64,000 nucleotides of DNA, taken from positions 32,001-96,000 of IMG/VR virus record IMGVR_UViG_3300039183_000005, one strand, 5' to 3'. Below, piece by piece: positions 56,514-64,000 of the stretch; the first letter of the stretch is position 1; each line of letters starts with the position of its first letter. A program made the translations under genes and the position numbers. Under the pieces are notes generated by a model that saw only the letters and a program-made list of their open reading frames with translations, did not search any database and was not told the origin of the DNA. The DNA comes from a virus.

Positions 56514-58361
56514 TTACATTAATTTTTGCATGTCGCGAATTATAAAGCTACCATTTTTTTTCTCTCCGTAGATTAAACATATCAGATCATCCTTACAAAA
56601 TGCTTTTAGTCGCCCAAACGCATCGGGAAATACCACAGCATGATCAATCGAATATGTAGAATCGGATATAGTCAAAAAACACATGGGTTGCCCTGGATTA
56701 CTACCTCTCTTTGTTTTCGTATGTTTTACTCTATCTATAATGGCACAAACCACAATAGATTCGTTATTCGGAGCTTTAGCTATTTCTAAACAAGTATGAG
56801 TTGCTAGACTATCATCCGCATCATCTGCTGGTGAACATGATAAAGCTATTCCTAAGAAATGTTTCTCTGCTGTTGCATTCGCGGCATTACTATCTTCTAT
56901 TGGATTTTCCAGCATAGCCGCTTTCGCTGCTATTATTTTTCGCCTGTTATCGCTTGCGCATGGAGGTTTAACAACATCGTCTCGGTAGCCATTTTCAAGC
57001 ATTAATTCTTCTATTTTTTTCTTAGTCCTACTACCTATTCCGTCTAGCCATGTCTTCTTCTCAGCTAAAGATGTGCATACAAATTTACTATCTCCATCCC
57101 TAATGCCGTCAAATGCCGAATCAGCTTGATCTAAGTAATTAACTGCGGCGGTTACAAGTTCTTTTTTTGTCATTTGGCTCAAAGTTTTTGTTTTACTTCC
57201 TGGCGGTTGGGCCATTTGATTTAAGATTTCTTGTGTTGACATTTCGCCCTGTTTTAATTGCTCAAAAAAATAAATTTTCTCTTTATTTGTTAGGCCCTTA
57301 ATTTCTATTTTTTTACCAGTTGAATCGTGTCCGGTGGTGCCAAGAATAACTTCTAATTCTCGAACCATTTCACTACGACCCATATTATAACAATCGCAAG
57401 CGCCAGCTTTAATTAGTGCTATACCAACATTGCGATGAAAGTCTGGAACTGCTGACAAAAAATTGGCCCAAGTATCTAGAGAGTCCTTTCCTGACGTTTC
57501 TGAGGCCGCTGTGACAATCTTTTGAATAGCAGATGTCCCAACACCCCTAATATGCGCTAGGCCGAAAGCAACGCCATTTTGTGGTTTTGGAGTCATCTGA
57601 AAATGAATGTTTCCACGTCGAATATCAGGTGGAAGAATTTCCACTCCAAATAATCTTGCGTCCTGTACTAATTTATAAATTTCTTCTTTTGGATCACCCT
57701 TGTATTGTGAATAGGTAAGATAGCTGGTGAAAAATTCTTGTGGAAAGTGACATTTAATCCAAGCCGTTTGATAAGCTATAAATGCATAAGATACAGCATG
57801 ACTTTTATTGAATGAATATCGTTGACACTTTTCTATCCATCCAAAAATTTCTTCTGCAATACCACGAGCAATTTTACTATGCTTTTGAGCCCCATTGACA
57901 AATCTATTTTTAAGTTTCGCCATAAGTTCCGGCTTCTTTTTGCCTATGGCTTTTCTTAATTCGTCAGCAACTTCAAGACTAAATCCAGCAATATCTGTAG
58001 CAATTTTGATCGCCTGTTCTTGATAAACGAGACAACCATATGTAGACTCAAGAATCGGCTTTAAGGATTGATGTAGATATACGTGTTTTTTCCTTCCAAA
58101 TTTAATGTCTACATAATCTTGAGTCATCGAACTTTCAAGGGGTCCAGGTCTTAAGAGAGCAGTTAATGCGGCAAGTTCTTCTATATTTTGTGGTTTTACT
58201 TTCTTAGCCCAATCTTGACCTAGATTTTTTTCAAGTTGAAAAACTCCAACGGTATGGCCACCACCAATTAACCGCCATACAGCGGGGCAATCCAGGGGAA
58301 TATCGTTTACACTAAATTTACCTTTCTCGACCTTGCATTTGCAATTTGTAAATTCGATCAT
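56514..58361 (-). CDS. dnaE: DNA polymerase III alpha, C-terminal half only
   Basis: GVFQLE, LLRPGP, TYGCLVYQEQ, LRKAIGKKK, YSFNKSHAVSY, HhH, OB; no PHP domain or catalytic PDIDxD. Confidence 0.92.
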   Translation of the reverse strand: MIEFTNCKCKVEKGKFSVNDIPLDCPAVWRLIGGGHTVGVFQLEKNLGQDWAKKVKPQNIEELAALTALLRPGPLESSMTQDYVDIKFGRKKHVYLHQSLKPILESTYGCLVYQEQAIKIATDIAGFSLEVADELRKAIGKKKPELMAKLKNRFVNGAQKHSKIARGIAEEIFGWIEKCQRYSFNKSHAVSYAFIAYQTAWIKCHFPQEFFTSYLTYSQYKGDPKEEIYKLVQDARLFGVEILPPDIRRGNIHFQMTPKPQNGVAFGLAHIRGVGTSAIQKIVTAASETSGKDSLDTWANFLSAVPDFHRNVGIALIKAGACDCYNMGRSEMVRELEVILGTTGHDSTGKKIEIKGLTNKEKIYFFEQLKQGEMSTQEILNQMAQPPGSKTKTLSQMTKKELVTAAVNYLDQADSAFDGIRDGDSKFVCTSLAEKKTWLDGIGSRTKKKIEELMLENGYRDDVVKPPCASDNRRKIIAAKAAMLENPIEDSNAANATAEKHFLGIALSCSPADDADDSLATHTCLEIAKAPNNESIVVCAIIDRVKHTKTKRGSNPGQPMCFLTISDSTYSIDHAVVFPDAFGRLKAFCKDDLICLIYGEKKNGSFIIRDMQKLM

Positions 58362-58366
58362 ACCAT

Positions 58367-58395
58367 ATTATACCTCTAAATTCACCTGCTGTTCC
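58367..58395 (-). promoter_or_regulatory. GGAACA-N16-GTATAAT promoter for dnaE-C, probably leaderless
   Basis: Only 5 nt separate the -10 box from the ATG; no SD. Confidence 0.6.
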
Positions 58396-58401
58396 ATAAA
58401 G

Positions 58402-59229
58402 TTAAAAATTTTCGTATGCCAGAGCAATAGTCTTTAATATGCCTCCAATCTTTGGCGATAGGACCGATAACTGATAAAACAACGGTGTTTGCACAGCAGC
58501 TAAGATTTCTGGCTTATGAATTCGATAACCTCTGGCACCTTGAAGTCCTTTGATTCCACCACATTCAGCTAAACGAATATGTGTACCGTGATGGTTTGAC
58601 GTTGCGAGAGATGGCCAATATGTATCGGATAGATTGCCTGGTGGTTCTCCAAGGTCAGATTCTATAATTATTCGTAATAGTAGCTGTTCGTTAAAACCCT
58701 GTTCTGGAAAATCTATTGAACCATCTTTAAGCCTTGAACGATATTTATTTATTAGTGGCCTAATAGCTTCGAACCATTCTTTTGGCTTAATCACATGAAT
58801 TCCACCAAGTCGTCTAGGTCCGGCCTGTAGTGGACGAATAAAATTACTATATGGGATTCCCAACTCATTACAATGTGCAAGATGTTGATCCATATATGAT
58901 GGAATCTCTCGGTAAATTGCCATATCAACATCGCCGATGGACATACAATCATACTGATCGAATGATGGTTCATACACGAGCCATCGCAAGCATTTGATTG
59001 TATTAGCATCTGTATGTGTATATTCAGGAAATGCTCGTTCTCGAATTTCGAAATTGCCAGACAGCAAAGTGAGCATTTGGCGAATATTGTCCATCAAGTT
59101 TTCGTCAAGCAAAATTAATTTATGTGCCTTCGGATATGCTCGATTGAGGAAGTATAGGAACCACGGTATATATTTTTGGTATGGTTTATTAGCAACGGTC
59201 ATAAAACACATTCTACTTTCGTCAGCCAT
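58402..59229 (-). CDS. putative GT-A fold glycosyltransferase
   Basis: CLRWL...SIGDVDM DxD motif, FNEQLL. Confidence 0.55.
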   Translation of the reverse strand: MADESRMCFMTVANKPYQKYIPWFLYFLNRAYPKAHKLILLDENLMDNIRQMLTLLSGNFEIRERAFPEYTHTDANTIKCLRWLVYEPSFDQYDCMSIGDVDMAIYREIPSYMDQHLAHCNELGIPYSNFIRPLQAGPRRLGGIHVIKPKEWFEAIRPLINKYRSRLKDGSIDFPEQGFNEQLLLRIIIESDLGEPPGNLSDTYWPSLATSNHHGTHIRLAECGGIKGLQGARGYRIHKPEILAAVQTPLFYQLSVLSPKIGGILKTIALAYENF

Positions 59230-59975
59230 TAAATATTCATTGCCTTTCTAAAAATTTGTCCAATCAAAGTCGAAGAGTTCAACAATTGTTGTTCGGTCAT
59301 ATTAAGTATTGGACTGCGAGTCTGTTTAAACATTTGATGATATAACATAAATCCATATACTTCTTGTGTAGAATACTTATCAAGGCATTCTATCCCGTCA
59401 AATAAATATGCATTCCAGGAGGCAATGGGCATAATCATTTTACAGTCAAGGTGATGATACTTCTGTCCTCTGACGGCATGACGAATTACCGCTGGGCCGA
59501 GACTGCCCCACTGAAAGACATGACCTTCTGGATGAAGCTCCAACATATGATCTATATACGCCGCCGCTTTTGTGATTATCTTTCCCTTTGGTTCAGACAC
59601 CAATAAGCCACTTTCTGGCTCTCCATATTTGAGTGATGGAGATGCTGTTGCTATCAAATCTATCCCATCCCTCAATAGTTCAAACATTGGAAAAAGACTT
59701 TTGAATAGAACCAAGTCGGAATCTAGCCAGATGCCACCATGCTCTGCTAAAAGATGGTATCTTAAATAATTCGATTTATTGTTAATTTGCGCAATTTTGA
59801 AGAAACTATCTGGTATATTTGGTAGGAATTGCTTTACATTTTCTGGGGTAACCAAATAAATATCAAAATCATTCCCACAGTGTTTAGATATTATCTTCCA
59901 GCAAAGCTGGACATATGCCGGAGGTTCTGATTGTCCTGGTGGGTTTTCCCAAAATAGCCATATTGCATTTTGCAT
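59229..59975 (-). CDS. GT32/capsular polysaccharide synthesis-type glycosyltransferase
   Basis: IWLFWE, KSNYLRYHLLAEHGGIWLDSD, LGP. Confidence 0.88.
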   Translation of the reverse strand: MQNAIWLFWENPPGQSEPPAYVQLCWKIISKHCGNDFDIYLVTPENVKQFLPNIPDSFFKIAQINNKSNYLRYHLLAEHGGIWLDSDLVLFKSLFPMFELLRDGIDLIATASPSLKYGEPESGLLVSEPKGKIITKAAAYIDHMLELHPEGHVFQWGSLGPAVIRHAVRGQKYHHLDCKMIMPIASWNAYLFDGIECLDKYSTQEVYGFMLYHQMFKQTRSPILNMTEQQLLNSSTLIGQIFRKAMNI

Positions 59976-59987
59976 TACATATTCCCT

Positions 59988-60563
59988 TTATCTTAATACT
60001 GATGGTAATAACATGTGTCGATAGTCTCCAGCATAAATATGTAGATTGCTAATGCCTTCGGCCTTTAGTCGTTCTCGCAATTCATCTTCTTGATGTTTTG
60101 CTGTAGGAGATTTTCTAACATCGAAATCTATTAACACAGCTTTTACCTTATTGTATTCTCCAGAATCGAGTAGATTCGTGACAATAGAACATTCACTTCC
60201 TTCGCAATTCAATTTCAAAAATACTTCATCTTCTTTTGATATATTATTTCTAAACCACTCTGAAGCTTCAACAAAATAACACAAGTCATCTTTCTTCTGT
60301 GGATTACAGGTTGTTTGGTAATCATCCCAAATCGTTCCACCTTGTGAACCAGAGTTATGCAGTATCATATCGCACGTTTTAGAGAACAGCCCAAAGCCGC
60401 AAACTGTTACTTTCGGATTATTGTCAAATTTTCGGTGCAATATTTTTAGACATACAGGAGATGGTTCAAAAGTAAATATATGATCTATTTTAAATCGTGG
60501 TTGCAACAATAATTCCACTGTTTGCCCTTCGTGCCCTCCGACATCAAGGAATATTCGACTCAT
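59988..60563 (-). CDS. FkbM-family methyltransferase
   Basis: FLDVGGHEG, FEPSP, LKLNCEGSE. Confidence 0.85.
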   Translation of the reverse strand: MSRIFLDVGGHEGQTVELLLQPRFKIDHIFTFEPSPVCLKILHRKFDNNPKVTVCGFGLFSKTCDMILHNSGSQGGTIWDDYQTTCNPQKKDDLCYFVEASEWFRNNISKEDEVFLKLNCEGSECSIVTNLLDSGEYNKVKAVLIDFDVRKSPTAKHQEDELRERLKAEGISNLHIYAGDYRHMLLPSVLR

Positions 60564-61407
60564 GCCATTTCCTCCAATCCGTATAAACAAAACGAGCTAA
60601 AAAAACATCGTCATGTATATGAAATGCAAATTTTAATTTGGGCAATAAGCCCGTGACTTTAAGTTGCTTAAAAGCAAATTCATGATTTGACGGCACACCC
60701 TGCCTAAGAAAAGTTTCTATGTTTTTATATAAGTTACCGAATTTATCCATAATTTCAGAACCACCAAAAAACCAATAATCGGCCAGTGCTTGATAATGTG
60801 GGTTATGTGGGTATCCGATATGGGTATGATGAAGTGTCGGATCATTTTTCTTATTCCATCCGTGGAAAAACCAATCTTCGTGTCTAATGCCTTGTCCGTT
60901 TGGCATCTTCATTACACACCAATTTGATGCATAAAAATTATTTGGATCAAATTGATCGAAATGCACGTCTGTAAGCCAAGCTACATCAAATCGTCCGATC
61001 ATAACCATATCATATTTGAATCCATGCTGTTGTTCATAATTTCGCTTAAGCTTCATGCACTGATAAATACTATACCATCTAGCAATCGTAATCTGCGTTT
61101 TGGAGGTAACGCCATCGGGATAATCCTTATCGACCATACCTCCTTTAATGTTAAATTTTGGATCATGTTCAAACATAGCGTCTTTTGGATTATATGCCTC
61201 TATTAGCGATTGTTTTACTTCGATACTTGGCGTGTGCATAAATACGTCTATATCGTTATGGGCGAACAGATGCTTTTTGTAGTGTTCAAAACCCCTTTCC
61301 CACTCAACGGGCGTTCTCTTTCCTGTCTTGCCATTCCACATTTGGCCACCCACAACCTTTTTGCCGGGGTGTGAAGCCATACCGTTTAAACATAGTGCTA
61401 TTTTCAA
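60544..61407 (-). CDS. putative glycosyltransferase-associated protein
   Basis: MKIALCL.G, DVFMHT, YSI...LKRNYE...YDMVMIGRFD, DYWFFG; a family I associate with viral glycan clusters. Confidence 0.6.
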   Translation of the reverse strand: MKIALCLNGMASHPGKKVVGGQMWNGKTGKRTPVEWERGFEHYKKHLFAHNDIDVFMHTPSIEVKQSLIEAYNPKDAMFEHDPKFNIKGGMVDKDYPDGVTSKTQITIARWYSIYQCMKLKRNYEQQHGFKYDMVMIGRFDVAWLTDVHFDQFDPNNFYASNWCVMKMPNGQGIRHEDWFFHGWNKKNDPTLHHTHIGYPHNPHYQALADYWFFGGSEIMDKFGNLYKNIETFLRQGVPSNHEFAFKQLKVTGLLPKLKFAFHIHDDVFLARFVYTDWRKWHESNIP

Positions 61408-62120
61408 AACAACCTCCTTGCTGTTCCTATTCCATAATCTGGGAATTTTTCATTAATCATTTTGTCATTCACTAATTGTTTGTTGAACAAAGTTTCATCA
61501 ATTGCATCAAATACTGCTTTCGGACCTATGTGAATATTTGTATCACGCATAATAACAGTACCGAATGGTGATAAAAATTCCGTGAAACACCAATCATTGA
61601 TAGTCATTTCTATTGAATGATCACCATCAATCATAAGCAAATCTATTGTTGACATTCCAAGTTTTAACATATATTCCCGTATTCTATGTCTGAATTTGGA
61701 ATCAATAGTTATGGTGTATATGTTTTGGGCTGGATTGTTTATAGCAGAATTATCATTTATGTCGACACCAAGATACACGCAATTACAATGTTTTTCTTCT
61801 AATATGGCTCTGGTTGTTGACAATAATGGTTCTTGATATACATTTATTCCAATTTCCAATATATTTTTAGTTGATGGTAGCACTAAACTTCTTATTAGAT
61901 CGGTATGAACTTTTCTTACAGATGGTCCGTTGTGAACTAGAGGTATATTTGGTTCTATATTCGATTCAATGCACATTGGTAATCCAAAACCCTCCCCAAC
62001 ACGTGTAAACATTCTTTGCTCTTTATCGGAATACTCTGGTTCTATTGTTGGACAATATTTTAGACCATGAATTATAGATGGTTTTCTTTTCCAGTTTCGC
62101 ATCATATCTTTTTCTGACAT
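61404..62120 (-). CDS. class I SAM-dependent methyltransferase (Methyltransf_24-like)
   Basis: ILEIGI, LGVDI, IDLLMIDGDHS. Confidence 0.8.
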   Translation of the reverse strand: MSEKDMMRNWKRKPSIIHGLKYCPTIEPEYSDKEQRMFTRVGEGFGLPMCIESNIEPNIPLVHNGPSVRKVHTDLIRSLVLPSTKNILEIGINVYQEPLLSTTRAILEEKHCNCVYLGVDINDNSAINNPAQNIYTITIDSKFRHRIREYMLKLGMSTIDLLMIDGDHSIEMTINDWCFTEFLSPFGTVIMRDTNIHIGPKAVFDAIDETLFNKQLVNDKMINEKFPDYGIGTARRLF

Positions 62121-62122
62121 TT

Positions 62123-62716
62123 TTACTCCAATACTTTAAATATCTTACGTTCTTCTCCGGATGTAGTCATATCTACAAAAGAAACTACTTCACACTTTCT
62201 ATTGAATTTAGATACCCATTCGTTAAATGCCTTTTCTTCGTGATCATTAAATTCTGGATCATGTTTATAGAACCATTCATCAAAAACAATAATAGTTCCA
62301 TTTACAATGTAATCATTTAAAGTCCACAGTACTTCTTTCGCAGAACTGTAAATGTCTGAGTCAATATGTAATAATGCAATCGGCTGTGCAGTTTTCAAAT
62401 ATTCAGGTAATGTATCGGAAAACCATCCAACATAGAATTTTACACCGTCTATTTGTGGTACCTCGCCATCTGTAGAAAAATATCCAGGTGGCACAACTTC
62501 CTTTCCGTTTTTGTCAATCCATGGTTCTGGCAGACCAGCGAAAGAATCGAATCCAAACACCAGAAACGAATTATCTAGCGTCTGCCTTATGGTGCGAATA
62601 GTATCGCCCCTACAAACACCGAATTCTAAAACGTGTTTATATCGATCGTTTAATAGTGTGAGTCCATATTGCAAGCTAGAATATTTCACGACAAGACCTT
62701 TCTTTATAGATATCAA
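62123..62716 (-). CDS. TylF/MycF-like sugar O-methyltransferase
   Basis: LEFGVCRG, GFDSFAGLPE, GWFSDTL, LLHIDSDIYSS, IVFDE. Confidence 0.88.
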   Translation of the reverse strand: MISIKKGLVVKYSSLQYGLTLLNDRYKHVLEFGVCRGDTIRTIRQTLDNSFLVFGFDSFAGLPEPWIDKNGKEVVPPGYFSTDGEVPQIDGVKFYVGWFSDTLPEYLKTAQPIALLHIDSDIYSSAKEVLWTLNDYIVNGTIIVFDEWFYKHDPEFNDHEEKAFNEWVSKFNRKCEVVSFVDMTTSGEERKIFKVLE

Positions 62717-63344
62717 ATACTTTACTAAAATTAGCTAAAAATTCTTGATCTTCAGTTGAAACATCAAACGGTTTATTATTGGGCGGATGCCAGCCAACTG
62801 TTTTTGTTATTGTAAACGATGATTTTCTTTTCCATCCGAGTCGTTGTTGAACCTTATCAAGAATAACTTCTTGGTCTTTTCGCATTTGTTCATAGGTTAT
62901 GGTCAAATCTGCATACGACAACCAAAACATATTTGTTAACAACCATAATTCTGGTGGCGTTGCGAGTTGGTCCTGTATCCAACTTCTTCTTGGTTGAGAT
63001 ACTATTTTGTCATCAAAATAAATTTTGCAATCACCTGTTATTCTAGGCATTTTTCTATATGGCGTTCTTATAAAATCTGAAAAATTATTTAATTTAATAC
63101 CATTTCGTTCTCTCATTCTAAATACAGACATTAAAACGTGTTGGATATTGCGGCTACAATGAAATATATATGCTCGTCTAAATTTTTCTCGTATCTCGGT
63201 ATCAAATTTATGTCCACCAAACATATCCATATACTTTTTATATGGAGTGACGAAATTGTCAAATATAGTTTTTAGTACCCAATGTGTTCCGCTTCTTGGA
63301 TGTGTAACCAGTCGCAATCTGTCTTTCTTAAATTTTGGCTTCAT
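62676..63344 (-). CDS. PAPS-dependent sulfotransferase
   Basis: 5'-PSB loop THPRSGTHW, 3'-PB-like RN...V.MS, ITYEQM. Confidence 0.75.
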   Translation of the reverse strand: MKPKFKKDRLRLVTHPRSGTHWVLKTIFDNFVTPYKKYMDMFGGHKFDTEIREKFRRAYIFHCSRNIQHVLMSVFRMRERNGIKLNNFSDFIRTPYRKMPRITGDCKIYFDDKIVSQPRRSWIQDQLATPPELWLLTNMFWLSYADLTITYEQMRKDQEVILDKVQQRLGWKRKSSFTITKTVGWHPPNNKPFDVSTEDQEFLANFSKVFDIYKERSCREIF

Positions 63345-63999
63345 TATTAACCTCTAAAAGATTCATTAACATCAATTTTCCCAAATGAAACAACATATCG
63401 GCATATGGCTGGTGATGCAGTACTGCTATATTTAAATAAATCAAAGCAGTTAAAACTTCTACTTTATGAAAATCATAGTGATTTTTTATGAGATATTTAC
63501 GAAACCAGGCTTCGCAATCAATAAGCGTTTGTCGCCTAAGTAGATCAAAATTAACTATATTACCATCTACATTAGCTTTATATAAACCATTGCGTATGAT
63601 ACCATGCGCAACAATTAGACCATGCCGCAATTTGGCCAGATCATAGTATATATCTCCGTAACCTATAAGACCACCAAAATTTTGTCGCCAGTCTAGCAGC
63701 TTAAAATCATTACCAGTATCTATTGTATTTTCAAAATGTAAATCACCGTGAAATCTTACTGGAATACCTTCCGATATCCATTTCCAGTTTACGCTATTGA
63801 GTAATTCTTTTATTGGTGGAACAACAACACTATTAATACATTGTGATGAATCTCTGCGACAAAATCGTTCAAAATATTCCCGTACTCGCCGAAATGTTTT
63901 GTCTTGATAAAATTTACGGTAGATTTCTCTTACTTCGACGGTAAGAAGTTGTCGATCTTCCCATAAACCTTCCAACCATTCTAAAAAGTCTTTAAATCT
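63328..63999 (-). CDS. APH/choline-kinase-like phosphotransferase domain (5' partial)
   Basis: FHGDLHFEN, LLDWRQ, GDIYYDLAKL; frame open to window edge. Confidence 0.8.
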   Translation of the reverse strand, partial: RFKDFLEWLEGLWEDRQLLTVEVREIYRKFYQDKTFRRVREYFERFCRRDSSQCINSVVVPPIKELLNSVNWKWISEGIPVRFHGDLHFENTIDTGNDFKLLDWRQNFGGLIGYGDIYYDLAKLRHGLIVAHGIIRNGLYKANVDGNIVNFDLLRRQTLIDCEAWFRKYLIKNHYDFHKVEVLTALIYLNIAVLHHQPYADMLFHLGKLMLMNLLEVNNEAKI

Positions 64000-64000
64000 A

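Noticed and set aside
58290-58361. Split-intein C-fragment at the DnaE N-terminus (MIEFTNC...)
   Set aside because: Too short and lacks the block F/G pattern ending in HN before C/S/T
1-64000. CRISPR array, reverse transcriptase/DGR, integrase or transposase
   Set aside because: No regularly spaced nucleotide repeats, RT motifs or recombinase motifs seen by eye
1-64000. Stop-codon reassignment
   Set aside because: Long genes are intact under the standard code, and TAA, TAG and TGA all end genes at sensible positions; no suppressor tRNA

Overview
AT-rich fragment of a large tailed dsDNA phage genome. It uses the standard code, and a PVC/Planctomycetota-like host is a weak inference. The + strand (1-45.3 kb) carries neck/tail-completion genes and the tail tube gene. 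A ~14 kb accessory island follows (NAD-dependent DNA ligase, HPRT, RNA ligase, macrodomain, NADAR-like protein, secreted proteins, tRNA-Met, tRNA-Leu), then tail assembly proteins, a 1680-aa tape measure protein and large tail/adhesin proteins. The - strand (45.3-64 kb) carries recombination/replication genes (Whirly-like, Rad52-like, SSB, C-terminal half of DnaE, sigma-like factor). These are interleaved with about 14 glycan-modifying genes (glycosyltransferases, one with an intein; methyltransferases; a sulfotransferase; a kinase). The most notable signal is that several probable virion proteins are strongly enriched in Ser-Gly dipeptides while the tape measure protein and enzymes are not. 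With the glycan cluster, this suggests a proteoglycan-like virion glycosylation system (hypothesis). Two recurrent promoter classes and a duplicated covarying leader hairpin were also seen. All family calls are motif recognition by eye and all counts are hand counts; no database searches were run.
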